A DNA stretch of 64,000 bases from Alphaproteobacteria bacterium (lineage in GTDB: Bacteria > Pseudomonadota > Alphaproteobacteria > UBA7887), in the NCBI GenBank assembly GCA_965216755.1, contig CBDCGL010000011.1, positions 2,144,001-2,208,000 on the forward strand, read 5' to 3'. The notes under the pieces are model-generated. The model worked only from the letters and a program-made list of their open reading frames with translations, was not told where the DNA came from and searched no databases. Shown in pieces: positions 8,877 through 18,252 of this stretch. Made by a program: the position numbers and the translations under genes. Within the stretch, counting starts at the first letter, position 1. Every line of letters begins with the position of its first letter.

Positions 8877-9929
8877 TTGCGCATGGCAAAAGGATTGGTC
8901 TTTATGTTTTCTTGTGCCTCGTTGGAATTTGTGCGTTTTTTCAAGACTGTGACAATGCCTACGGCCTTGATTTGGCTGGTCACTGCCGGCGCCGCCGCCC
9001 GTGACATCGACGACTCGAAAGCGGCGCCGCAATTGCGGCCGGCTGTCGAAGTGGATCGCGGGCACGTGACGCTTGGGGACCTGTTCACCAATAGCGGCGA
9101 TAAGGCGGACATACCGGTTATGCAAGCGCCGCCGCCCGGCGAAATCACTCAGATCAGCACCCACGAGGCCTTCGAACTGGCCAACGCCCATGGCCTGGCC
9201 TGGCGGCCAATTACGACTTTTGACCAAGTCGCGATTTCGCGCGCCTGGCGCCATCTGGATCGAGGTCAGCTCGAAGCCATGCTGCACAGCGCGCTGCAGG
9301 CAGCGGGTGCCGGCAGCACACTGGAGCTGGATCTGCCCAGCGAATTGTTGCAGGTCAAAGTTGCCCGGGGAGCCCTGGTCGAACCTCGATTCACCGACGT
9401 GATCTATGAGCCGCGGACCAGTCGATTTCGCGCCACATTGGTTGCGGACGCATCAAGCGGCGCGCCGCTTCGGATCACGATCGCGGGTAAGGCGGTCGCC
9501 GTGGCGAAAATCCCGGTTCTGCATAGCCGGCTCGGTCGGGACAGCGTCATTCGCGCTGAGGATCTGACTTGGAAAACCGTACCTGCCGACCGTCTGCCAG
9601 CCGGCACCATCACCGACCAAAGCGGTTTGATCGGCCAGTCCCCGCGCAAGCCCGTGGTACCTGGCCGCCCCATTACCCATGCCGATGTCGGTGCGCCAAC
9701 CGCAGTTACCAAAGGCGCGTTGGTAACCATGTACTATCGCCGCGACAATCTTTCGTTGGTCGCGATGGGCCGCGCGCTAGAGTCCGGTGCCGTCGGCGAT
9801 TTCATTTCCATTCAGAACACCCAAAGCCAGCGGTCCGTCGAAGGCGTCGTGGTCGGTCGCAATGAGGTGGCATTCGAAGCCGGCATAGCGCTTACACTGG
9901 CTGAACCGCAGGCGGGAGGCGTCCGATGA
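8877..9929 (+). CDS. flgA: P-ring formation chaperone FlgA (true start may be GTG 8931)
   Basis: VTLGDLF, SAF-like region, GRALESGAVGDFISIQN..S; lies between flgG and flgH. Confidence 0.85.
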   Translation: MRMAKGLVFMFSCASLEFVRFFKTVTMPTALIWLVTAGAAARDIDDSKAAPQLRPAVEVDRGHVTLGDLFTNSGDKADIPVMQAPPPGEITQISTHEAFELANAHGLAWRPITTFDQVAISRAWRHLDRGQLEAMLHSALQAAGAGSTLELDLPSELLQVKVARGALVEPRFTDVIYEPRTSRFRATLVADASSGAPLRITIAGKAVAVAKIPVLHSRLGRDSVIRAEDLTWKTVPADRLPAGTITDQSGLIGQSPRKPVVPGRPITHADVGAPTAVTKGALVTMYYRRDNLSLVAMGRALESGAVGDFISIQNTQSQRSVEGVVVGRNEVAFEAGIALTLAEPQAGGVR

Positions 9930-10681
9930 CTATCCCAAATCGCCTATGCGGCCTTGCTGCGCTTGCATCGATCGGCCTGATCATGAGCGGCTGCAATGCC
10001 CTTGATCGGCTCGCCAATGTCGGCCGTGAGCCACAATTCGACCCGATCATCAATCCGACCCAAGAACCGCAATATGCGCCGGTCAACATGCCCATGCCGG
10101 CGCCGATCGAACCTGTGAACACGGCGAATTCCCTGTGGCAACCCGGCGCGCGCGCCTTTTTCAAGGATCAGCGCGCCGCCCGGGTCGGCGATATTCTGAC
10201 TGTCGAGATCATGATCGAGGACAAAGCCGAACTCAAAAACGAGACCACACGAAGCCGCGAGAACGAGGAAACGGCTGCGATTGGCGCCCTTTTCGGCTAT
10301 GAGCAAACCCTCCATACAATTCTCCCGGAAGCGGTGGTCAATACTGATTTGCTCGACCTTGACTCTTCGATGGAAAACACCGGCGGCGGCGAGATTTCGC
10401 GCGATGAATCAATCGAATTGAAGGTTGCCGCGGTGATCATCCAAGTACTGCCCAACGGCAATTTGGTCATCGACGGTGACCAACAAGTCCGGGTCAACTA
10501 CGAAATGCGCGAACTGCAGATTTATGGCGTGATCCGGCCCGAAGACATCGCTGCCAACAACACCATTTCTTACGAAAAGATCGCCAATGCGCGCATTGCC
10601 TATGGCGGCGAGGGGCACATTTCGGATGTCCAACAGCCGCGCTATGGCTCGCAGGTGCTAGACGTCATCAACCCGTTCTAA
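9926..10681 (+). CDS. flgH: Flagellar L-ring lipoprotein FlgH
   Basis: Lipobox MSGC, SLW..FFKDQRA..VGDILTV, VLPNGNLVI, IRPEDI. Confidence 0.95.
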   Translation: MTIPNRLCGLAALASIGLIMSGCNALDRLANVGREPQFDPIINPTQEPQYAPVNMPMPAPIEPVNTANSLWQPGARAFFKDQRAARVGDILTVEIMIEDKAELKNETTRSRENEETAAIGALFGYEQTLHTILPEAVVNTDLLDLDSSMENTGGGEISRDESIELKVAAVIIQVLPNGNLVIDGDQQVRVNYEMRELQIYGVIRPEDIAANNTISYEKIANARIAYGGEGHISDVQQPRYGSQVLDVINPF

Positions 10682-10706
10682 GGCAAAAATTCTGCGACCC
10701 CGGGTG

Positions 10707-11153
10707 TCAATCGTCGCGGTAGGTCCGCTCCAGCCGCTCGTGTCGCTCCTGTGCGTCCAGGCTCAATGTCGCGATGGGGCGGGCTTCAAGACGCCGCAGG
10801 CCGATGGGATCGCCGGTCTCCTCGCAAAAGCCATAGCTCCCCTCTTCGATACGCCGCAACGCCGAATCGATCTTGTTGAGCAGCTTGCGCTCTCGGTCGC
10901 GCGTTCTGAGTTCAACCAGTCGTTCGGACTCGATCGATGCCCGGTCGGCAAGATCCGGTTCTCGGCTGCTTTGTTCTTGGAGATGGGCCAGCGTTTGGCT
11001 CGATTCATCAAGAATCTCGCCCCGCCATTGCAACAATATCCGACGAAAGTACTCGCGCTGCCGAGGATTCATGAATTCCTCATCCTCGGTCGGGCGATAG
11101 TCGGGCGGAATGTCTACGCTCTCGGAATCCTGGAGTCTATTCCGACGGGCCAT
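10707..11153 (-). CDS. dksA: RNA polymerase-binding protein DksA
   Basis: EEFMNPRQREYFR, DLADRAS coiled-coil tip, RDRERKL, RLEARP. Confidence 0.93.
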   Translation of the reverse strand: MARRNRLQDSESVDIPPDYRPTEDEEFMNPRQREYFRRILLQWRGEILDESSQTLAHLQEQSSREPDLADRASIESERLVELRTRDRERKLLNKIDSALRRIEEGSYGFCEETGDPIGLRRLEARPIATLSLDAQERHERLERTYRDD

Positions 11154-11263
11154 ACAATCCCCAGCCTGATCACGGTCAAACGCGGCCGGAGTATAGGCAC
11201 ATCAAACCTTTGCCGCAATACGTAGCTGGTAATGTACCCATGCGCTGGGCATGCGGAATGAGG

Positions 11264-11686
11264 CTAATATTCGACCTCGAGCTTGGCCAGCTCGACCCTG
11301 GCACGCAGCTCAATTTCCACAATCAAAGATTGCAGACCTGGGTCAGCGACCATTTCCTGCTGATGGCGAAGTGCGCCGATCAGCTGGCGCAGACCAGACT
11401 CCGGAATCACGCCGGCGAGCAGGCCCAAGCGAATATCGTTGAGCCGATCCAGAATACTCGTCGCGCGCTGAGCGCCTCGGCGTCCGTTGGGCGCGTCGCC
11501 GTCGCCTTGTTGGGCGGCGAGCAAAACGTCAACGGCAGCTATGGCGCGGGCCGGCTCGGTTGCCGCCGCGCGGGTTGTGCCGCCGTCCGAGATCAAGCTC
11601 GAGAATGAAGCGGCACCTGACTTTGATGCCGTCCCGGACTTCGCCGACCGGAGTGGTCGTATTGGGCGATCATTGCTGACTTTCAT
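11264..11686 (-). CDS. fliX: Flagellar assembly regulator FliX
   Basis: LDRLNDIRLGLLAG, EIELRARVELAKL; divergent from flgI as in Caulobacter; probable start MKVSND. Confidence 0.85.
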   Translation of the reverse strand: MKVSNDRPIRPLRSAKSGTASKSGAASFSSLISDGGTTRAAATEPARAIAAVDVLLAAQQGDGDAPNGRRGAQRATSILDRLNDIRLGLLAGVIPESGLRQLIGALRHQQEMVADPGLQSLIVEIELRARVELAKLEVEY

Positions 11687-11729
11687 GGTCAACTCGCTTG
11701 TTGCGGAAGCCAAGGCTTCCCGCTCGCCG

Positions 11730-11744
11730 TTAAGATTGGCTTAA
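11730..11744. promoter_or_regulatory. CtrA binding site upstream of fliX
   Basis: TTAA-GATTGGC-TTAA, perfect TTAA-N7-TTAA. Confidence 0.75.
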
Positions 11745-11783
11745 GGGGCCAGGTTGCGCGCGGGTACCGGCGCCCGGTGGCCG

Positions 11784-11799
11784 CGGCAATTTTTACCGG
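11784..11799. promoter_or_regulatory. ftr enhancer candidate for flgI
   Basis: CGGCAATTTTTACCGG followed by an AT-rich tract before the sigma54 box. Confidence 0.45.
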
Positions 11800-11904
11800 T
11801 GGGGACCAATCGGACATGCGGTTCGCAGCAAGCGAAGAAAATGTAATATACTGAAATAAAACAATTTTTTTATTTCCAAGGACGCTTGAACCAATGCACC
11901 GACT

Positions 11905-11919
11905 TGGCACGAGGCTTGC
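11905..11919 (+). promoter_or_regulatory. Sigma54 promoter of flgI operon
   Basis: TGGCAC-GAGGC-TTGC. Confidence 0.8.
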
Positions 11920-11996
11920 GTCATATGCGAACGATGAAAAAGACACTTTTACTTCCAAGCACGATTGCATTGCTGCGCGCATGTCGAAACGGCGCC

Positions 11997-13109
11997 ATGC
12001 GGGCAATCTGTGCAGCCGCCCTGGTACTGACCGCTGTAGCCCCGAGCCCCGCCGATGCCGCGGCGCGGATCAAGGACATCGTCGATTTCGAAGGCGTCCG
12101 AGACAACCTTCTGGTTGGCTATGGTCTGGTGGTCGGTTTGAACGGCACCGGTGACAGCCTCAACAACTCACCTTTCACCCGCCAAAGCCTTGAGGCCATG
12201 CTGGAGCGCCTGGGTGTCAACACACGCGGGAACGCGGCCAACACGTTGAACGTGGCCGCGGTGGTCGTGACCGCCACTTTGCCACCGTTCACGCGCCAGG
12301 GCACACGCATCGATGTGGCCGTCAGCTCTCTCGGCGACGCGCAGAGCCTGCTCGGCGGAACCTTGCTCGTCACCCCTTTGATGGGCGCCGACGGCGAGGT
12401 CTATGCGGTCGCGCAGGGCCAGCTATCCGTGGCCGGCTTCAGTGCCGCGGGCGCGGGCGGCACAAGCGTGACAAAAGGCGTGCCGACCGCGGGTCGGTTG
12501 GCCAACGGCGCCATTGTCGAACGCGAAGTCCCTTTTTCGCTGGTTACTCTTGACCGACTGACATTGAGCTTACGCAACCCCGATTTCACCACCGCACGCA
12601 GGGTCGCCCAGTCCGTTAACTCGGCGCTGCGCCAACCGGTTGCCAGAGCGACCGACCCCGCGACGGTGGTGGTGGCGGTACCGGATTCATATCGTGACCA
12701 AGTGGTCGATTTGCTCACCGACATTGAGCAGCTTCGGGTTGAGCCCGATCAGATCGCGCGCGTCGTGATCGACGAAGTCTCCGGCACCATCGTGATGGGC
12801 CAAAATGTCCGAATCTCGACCGTCGCCATCGCGCAAGGCAACTTGACAATCAAGGTGACGGAAACGCCGCAAGTCTCTCAACCAGGTGCATTTGCGCCCG
12901 ACAGCGCCTCGACCGTGGTGGTCGAACGCACGGACATCGAGGTCGACGAAGGCATCGACGAAAAAATGGTTGTCCTACCGGAGGGCGTAAGCCTGCAAGA
13001 GCTCGTTGACGGCCTTAATGCGCTTGGTGTTGGCCCGCGCGACATCATCTCGATATTGCAAACGATCAAGGCGGCCGGCGCCCTGCAGGCGGACTTGGAG
13101 GTCTTGTAG
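11997..13109 (+). CDS. flgI: Flagellar P-ring protein FlgI
   Basis: ARIKDIVDFEGVRDNLLVGYGLVVGLNGTGD, IKAAGALQA; start placed downstream of the sigma54 box, with signal peptide. Confidence 0.95.
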   Translation: MRAICAAALVLTAVAPSPADAAARIKDIVDFEGVRDNLLVGYGLVVGLNGTGDSLNNSPFTRQSLEAMLERLGVNTRGNAANTLNVAAVVVTATLPPFTRQGTRIDVAVSSLGDAQSLLGGTLLVTPLMGADGEVYAVAQGQLSVAGFSAAGAGGTSVTKGVPTAGRLANGAIVEREVPFSLVTLDRLTLSLRNPDFTTARRVAQSVNSALRQPVARATDPATVVVAVPDSYRDQVVDLLTDIEQLRVEPDQIARVVIDEVSGTIVMGQNVRISTVAIAQGNLTIKVTETPQVSQPGAFAPDSASTVVVERTDIEVDEGIDEKMVVLPEGVSLQELVDGLNALGVGPRDIISILQTIKAAGALQADLEVL

Positions 13110-13450
13110 TGGCCACCTCGCCAACCTTGGCCGCTTTGCCGCCAATGCCGCGCCCGCCCGCGCCGGTCTTGTCCCCCGACGCCAGCGAGACCGAAGTCCG
13201 CCAGGCAGCCGAAGAGCTGGAGGGCTTTTTTCTGGGCCAAATGCTTGAGACCATGTTCGCTGGGATCAAAACCGATGGTCCCTTTGGCGGTGGGCATGGC
13301 GAACGGATGTTTCGATCGCTGCTCGTTCAGGAGTACGGCAAGATCATCACGGCTCAGGGTGGCATCGGACTGGCCGACAACATCGCCAGGAATTTACTGC
13401 AATTTCAAGAGATTAAACATGACGACGGCAATCCTCGCGGCGCCCGGTGA
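13109..13450 (+). CDS. flgJ: Rod-binding protein FlgJ (short form, no muramidase domain)
   Basis: AAEELEGFFLGQMLETMF, FGGGHGERMFRSLL, GGIGLAD. Confidence 0.85.
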   Translation: MATSPTLAALPPMPRPPAPVLSPDASETEVRQAAEELEGFFLGQMLETMFAGIKTDGPFGGGHGERMFRSLLVQEYGKIITAQGGIGLADNIARNLLQFQEIKHDDGNPRGAR

Positions 13451-13889
13451 CGGCGTCCATGTTCACGTTGAACGGTTGATCGAGATCTGCACGGGTCTGC
13501 GCGACGTGCTGAAACAGGAAGTTGACGCAGTGCGATCACGCGCGCCAGACCGGATCAAAGCATTGGCGCCGCGCAAAGACGTTCTGGCCCTTGCCTACGC
13601 GGACGAATTGGAAGCGGTTCGCGGCGCTCGCGACGCCCTGGCAACCCTGGATCCGACACTAAAGTCGCGCTTCCGGCAGACAATGGACGCGTTTCGCGCA
13701 GCCGTCGAAGAGAACGCCAGGGCGCTTTGGCTGGCGAAAACCGCCAACGAAAAGCTGATTCAAGCTGTCAGTGAGGCGGTGGCGCGTAAGGCCCGGCCGC
13801 AAACCGCATATTCCCGAACAGGGACCTATGACGGATCAGGTGCCCCCCAATCAACGGCGGTCCCGATCGCGCTTAATCAACAAGTGTGA
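13419..13889 (+). CDS. FlgN-like flagellar export chaperone
   Basis: Helical protein with LRDVLKQE, ENARAL, terminal AYSRTG..ALNQQV; follows flgJ; probable start MTTAIL. Confidence 0.6.
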   Translation: MTTAILAAPGDGVHVHVERLIEICTGLRDVLKQEVDAVRSRAPDRIKALAPRKDVLALAYADELEAVRGARDALATLDPTLKSRFRQTMDAFRAAVEENARALWLAKTANEKLIQAVSEAVARKARPQTAYSRTGTYDGSGAPQSTAVPIALNQQV

Positions 13890-13925
13890 CCGATCGATTT
13901 TATGCTTGGAAATGAAGAAGAGTTT

Positions 13926-14384
13926 CTAAGCTTTTATGTCTAAGGAATTTTCTTGTTTTTGCTCAAGACTCTCAACGAACGCCGCCACACGTCGCAAAAC
14001 GAAGTCTGCCGGATATTGATCGCGGACTTCGCCCGATTCAACTTCGACACTGCGGGACACAAACAAACGACTTGCCTGGTCGAACGAAATCGACAATCGG
14101 GTCGCTATGGGTGCAGGCACTTTAGCGTCGGCGACATCCGCCGCCCGGTCAGTCGCCGTGCTCGCCTGATCAGACGCGGCCGTTTCTTTGTTGTTGCCAG
14201 CATCTTGCACTGCCGCTTTTTCCGCGACTGTCGCCGCCCGGTCAGAACCTTGCGTTGGCGCGTGCTGTGTCTCGGCAGTTCGTCTTTGGCCAGGCAGCGA
14301 AGGAGTCGGCGCGCGCGCAGCCCGGTCAGCGCCTGTGCCAACCGTTCCAATCTGCGTATGCGTACCTAACTTGTCTACCAACAT
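13926..14384 (-). CDS. FlaG-like flagellar protein
   Basis: RLSISFDQASRLFVSRSVEVESGEVRDQYPADFVLR resembles the FlaG core. Confidence 0.6.
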   Translation of the reverse strand: MLVDKLGTHTQIGTVGTGADRAARAPTPSLPGQRRTAETQHAPTQGSDRAATVAEKAAVQDAGNNKETAASDQASTATDRAADVADAKVPAPIATRLSISFDQASRLFVSRSVEVESGEVRDQYPADFVLRRVAAFVESLEQKQENSLDIKA

Positions 14385-14546
14385 GGGTGAGAACCTTCTG
14401 TCTCGACCTCAGCTACCGTGCAACTTCCTTTTCGAAGCTGAACCACGATTGTACGCGGACGTTTCGGGACCGGCCGTAACCGCCGTCACATCTCGCCCAA
14501 TTTGCCGAAAAACACTGCGGCACAATCCCAGATAGACAATGGTGGG

Positions 14547-14560
14547 CGGCAAATCTTGCC
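14547..14560. promoter_or_regulatory. ftr enhancer candidate for flgK
   Basis: CGGCAAATCTTGCC dyad about 80-90 bp upstream of the sigma54 box. Confidence 0.55.
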
Positions 14561-14637
14561 TTGCGCGTCGGCACCGATCCCAACCATTAAGCGACTGAAA
14601 TAAAGGCCAAACGCACCCGTATACCGAGGCGCAATTC

Positions 14638-14653
14638 TGGCCCCTGCCTTGCA
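14638..14653 (+). promoter_or_regulatory. Sigma54 promoter of flgKL
   Basis: TGGCCC-CTGCC-TTGCA. Confidence 0.7.
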
Positions 14654-14709
14654 TCGTGGATACGCGCAGGTGCGCCTATGCGCGCCGAAGGTCACTGAAC
14701 GAGGCCAAC

Positions 14710-16839
14710 ATGTCGCTTACCGGCGCTTTGAACAATGCCGTTTCCGGACTTCAGGTCAGCCAAGCCGCGCTGGCCTTGGTATCCAACAATGTCGCCAACG
14801 CGAACAACGAAGACTACACGCGGAAGATTGCCCAACAGCAGCAAGTGATCGCCGGCGACCAACGCGCCGGAGTCAAGATCAGTGAAATACGCCGTGTTGT
14901 GGATGAGTTCTTGGCACGAGAGGTCCACGCGGCCAGCGGCAAGGCAGGCCGCTACGAAGTTCAGCTGCCGTTCTTGAACCGCTTACAGTCGTTTTTCGGA
15001 ACACCGAGTGACGAAAACGTTCTAACCGGCCGCCTCGACGCGATCTTCGGTGCGTTCGAATTCGCGACCACGGCGCCCGATTCCGCGCTCGCCAGGACCG
15101 AAGCGGTGCGCGCGATCCAAAGCTTTGAGCGCGAAATTGCGGAACTCATGGGCCAGGCGCAGACACTCCGTGCCGACGCCGACCGGCAAATCGCCCAAGA
15201 AATTTCCGACATAAATAACGCGCTGGTCCGCATCGAAGAGCTTAATCAGCAAATCTCGCGCGAGGTCAACACCGGCGGCGACGCCACTGAATACCGCGAT
15301 TTGCGCGACGCCCAAGTCAACGTGCTTGCCGCCAAGCTGGATATCAGCACCTATGAGCGGTCCGATGGCCAGCTCGCCATATATGCGGGCGCGGGCGCGG
15401 CTTTGGTGGAAAATGGCGCGCGTATCCTCGTCTACAACCCCGCCTCGACGGTGCTGCCTGGCACGATCTTTGGCCCCATTGAAGTCTTTCAGCGGGACAG
15501 CACCGGTAACCCCACAGGCACGGGGCGGTCCCTGCAAACCGACATCGGTAACGGTCGGCTCCGCGGCCTGTTGGATTTGCGCGATGTTGCATTGCCCGCA
15601 ACGTCGATCACGTTGGGCGAACTCGCCCAGCGTGTCGTCGACGAGATCAATCGGGCGCATAATGACAATACCGCGTTCCCGCCACCGAACACGCTGACCA
15701 GTTCACACAACACCGGGCTGAGCGCCGCCGACAATCACAATTTCACCGGCATCGCCCGCTTCTCGGTGATCGATCCCAACGCGCCCACCGCTGGTGACTA
15801 CGGCGTCGCGGCGACGGTTGCCATCGACTTTGGCGCAATCGGGGCGACGGTCAATGACGTCATCACTGCCGTCAACGCCGGGCTCGGCGGTGCCGGAACA
15901 TTGGCGCTGACCAACGGCGTTCTGACTTTTACGGCCGCCAACGCTGCCCATGGCGTCGGTATCGTTCAAGACGCAACCACGCCCAGCACGCGGGCGGGTC
16001 GTGGTTTCTCGCACTTTTTCGGCCTCAACGATGTCGTCACGAGTACCTCGCCGCCGTTCTATGACCATGGCTTCACAGCCGCGGAAAACCACGGCTTTGT
16101 CGGTTTCACTACGTTCAACGTCTACGATGCAAACGGGGAAAACGTCGCGACGGTGAGTTTCGACGCCGGCACGGCTGGCGCCACCTTTGCGGGCCTTGCG
16201 ACGGCCTTGGATACGGCACTCGGGGCCTACGCAACCGTGGCGCTCAACGCCGCCACGGGCAAACTCGAAATCACGCCGGCGACCGGCTATTCGGTTTTCG
16301 CCGCCGACCAATCCACACCCACCGCTAGCAACCGCAACGGTACCGGCATCGGGCTCGCAACGCTGATGGGCCTCGGCCCCGACAAAGTTCAGACCTTTGC
16401 CGAAAACATGCAGGTGCGCAGCGACATCGTCGCCAATTCAACCCTGTTGGGCTTCGGCCGTATGCAGGGGACCGCAGTCAACGATATCGCCATTACCCCG
16501 GGCGACAATCGCGGCGCCCTGGCGCTGGTCGCCCTGCGCGACGCGACAGTCTCGATCAATGCCGCGGGCAATATCGGCGCCAAGTCGACCACGCTGGTTC
16601 GCTACGCCAGCGAAGTGATTTCCGATTCGGCCCTCTATGCCGCGCAGACCCAAGGCTTGGCCGATGATATCGGTGCCCTGCACATCAGCCTGGACACACA
16701 ACAGAAGCAACTCAGCGGCGTCAATATAGATGAAGAATTGTCCACCATGATCGTGCTGCAGAACGCTTTTTCGGCATCAGCCCGCGTGGTGAGCACGATC
16801 GATCAGCTCTATGACGATTTGCTCGGCATGCTGCGGTAG
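14710..16839 (+). CDS. flgK: Hook-associated protein FlgK
   Basis: SGLQVSQAALALVSNNVANANNEDYTRK, SGVNIDEEL..LQNAFSASARV; start MSLTGAL after GAGG. Confidence 0.93.
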   Translation: MSLTGALNNAVSGLQVSQAALALVSNNVANANNEDYTRKIAQQQQVIAGDQRAGVKISEIRRVVDEFLAREVHAASGKAGRYEVQLPFLNRLQSFFGTPSDENVLTGRLDAIFGAFEFATTAPDSALARTEAVRAIQSFEREIAELMGQAQTLRADADRQIAQEISDINNALVRIEELNQQISREVNTGGDATEYRDLRDAQVNVLAAKLDISTYERSDGQLAIYAGAGAALVENGARILVYNPASTVLPGTIFGPIEVFQRDSTGNPTGTGRSLQTDIGNGRLRGLLDLRDVALPATSITLGELAQRVVDEINRAHNDNTAFPPPNTLTSSHNTGLSAADNHNFTGIARFSVIDPNAPTAGDYGVAATVAIDFGAIGATVNDVITAVNAGLGGAGTLALTNGVLTFTAANAAHGVGIVQDATTPSTRAGRGFSHFFGLNDVVTSTSPPFYDHGFTAAENHGFVGFTTFNVYDANGENVATVSFDAGTAGATFAGLATALDTALGAYATVALNAATGKLEITPATGYSVFAADQSTPTASNRNGTGIGLATLMGLGPDKVQTFAENMQVRSDIVANSTLLGFGRMQGTAVNDIAITPGDNRGALALVALRDATVSINAAGNIGAKSTTLVRYASEVISDSALYAAQTQGLADDIGALHISLDTQQKQLSGVNIDEELSTMIVLQNAFSASARVVSTIDQLYDDLLGMLR

Positions 16840-16887
16840 CGACACGGCTCGGCACCAACTCTGTTCCCGACACCACGGACAAAAACG

Positions 16888-17832
16888 ATGACCCGCGTTT
16901 CGACCCTTGCTCAAAACCAGTTGATTTTCCGCAGCACCCAATTGACCCAGCAGCGGCTATTCGACCTGCAGCGCCAAGCTTCGTCCGGCGAAAGGGCCGA
17001 TACCTTTAAGCTGCTTGGCGGCGACGGTTTCGTATTGACCACGGCGAAATCACGTGCGGCGCGTTTGGACCACATTATGAAAAGCAACATTCAAACCAAA
17101 ACGCGCCTTGATTTGCGCGAGCGTGCGGTCAACGAAATCGTCGACATCGCCAAAGACGTCAAGGCCGCTTATTTGAAGGCCGAAGGCGGATTTGACGCCA
17201 CATATCTGCAGTCGGAAGCCCAGGACATGATGGAGCGCGTGTTCGCATTGCTGAACTCACGCGACCAAAACGGCAACTACCTGTTTGCCGGCTCTCGCAC
17301 CGACACCGCCCCCGTCAGCTTCACGCTCAACGGCGCGCCGCCGCCCCACTATACAGTCACCTACAACAACGACACATTGATCGAGCAGGCCAATATCGAT
17401 GACAATTTGACCGTCCAGATCGGCGTCTTGGCGGCGAGTAACCCGACCGCGCCATCCGGCACGTTTCAGCCGCTTATCGACATTCTCAACCACTTCGCCG
17501 CCGGTTACTATCCACCGCCCTATGCGGCCACTGCCCTGCCCCCCCCGATTCCGGCCAGTCCGACACCGGACCTGATCACGCCGCTCATCGACCAGGCCTT
17601 CGACCAGATCAACCAGCTGGACGGCGAATTGGGTATCAAGCAGAAGCTGCTGGACGAAGCCAACGAACGGATGCGCTTTGACTTGGACTTGACCAACGAG
17701 TTCATCACCCAGGTCAAGGATGTCGACATGGCGGAGGCGGTGGTCGAGTTGAGCCAAGCCCAAACCGCTCTGGAAGCGACGTTTCGGGTGACCGGAGAGT
17801 TGCGTGGACTCAGCCTGGTGAATTTCCTTTAA
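16888..17832 (+). CDS. flgL: Hook-associated protein FlgL (flagellin family)
   Basis: LNSRDQNGNYLFAGSRTD, DVDMAEAVVELSQAQTALEA, LSLVNFL. Confidence 0.88.
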   Translation: MTRVSTLAQNQLIFRSTQLTQQRLFDLQRQASSGERADTFKLLGGDGFVLTTAKSRAARLDHIMKSNIQTKTRLDLRERAVNEIVDIAKDVKAAYLKAEGGFDATYLQSEAQDMMERVFALLNSRDQNGNYLFAGSRTDTAPVSFTLNGAPPPHYTVTYNNDTLIEQANIDDNLTVQIGVLAASNPTAPSGTFQPLIDILNHFAAGYYPPPYAATALPPPIPASPTPDLITPLIDQAFDQINQLDGELGIKQKLLDEANERMRFDLDLTNEFITQVKDVDMAEAVVELSQAQTALEATFRVTGELRGLSLVNFL

Positions 17833-17890
17833 ATTTTACAGATATATTTATCGAAATATAAATATAAACTCGTCTTTTCTGCACGCCTAC

Positions 17891-17922
17891 TTAGATAAAT
17901 ATTTAGATATATTTAGATAAAT
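17891..17922. repeat. AT-rich tandem repeat (TTAGATA x3) in flagellin upstream region
   Basis: ttagataaatatttagatatatttagataaat inside a ~100-bp very AT-rich tract. Confidence 0.7.
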
Positions 17923-18252
17923 CACCAATTGGTCGAAAACAGCATTAGTGTGATGCCGCTCACAACGATTTTCAGAATCCACCAAGAAGCCAACCTGACC
18001 GCTCATAACAAACTGATTTATTAAGGATTTCTGACGATACGGCCAAAACAGTTGTGGTGGCGGGTCACCGCATCTCATGGCGAGACCGCACCGTTCACAA
18101 CGGGCGAGACTTTCGATTACTTGATTTCGATTTCGCGGTTTCTAATGTCAATCCCGCGGCGAGACGTGATCGATGCCAGAAGGGTATCTGCGGGCCTGCC
18201 GTGATGTCTGCATAACGCAGCCGTCAACTACCCAGAACAGGAGTAGGTTCAT

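Noticed and set aside
11886-11996. N-terminal extension of FlgI in the ORF track (likewise FlgK 14656-14709 and TetR 52006-52152)
   Set aside because: The extensions overlap or abut promoter and operator elements; downstream ATGs give family-typical N-termini
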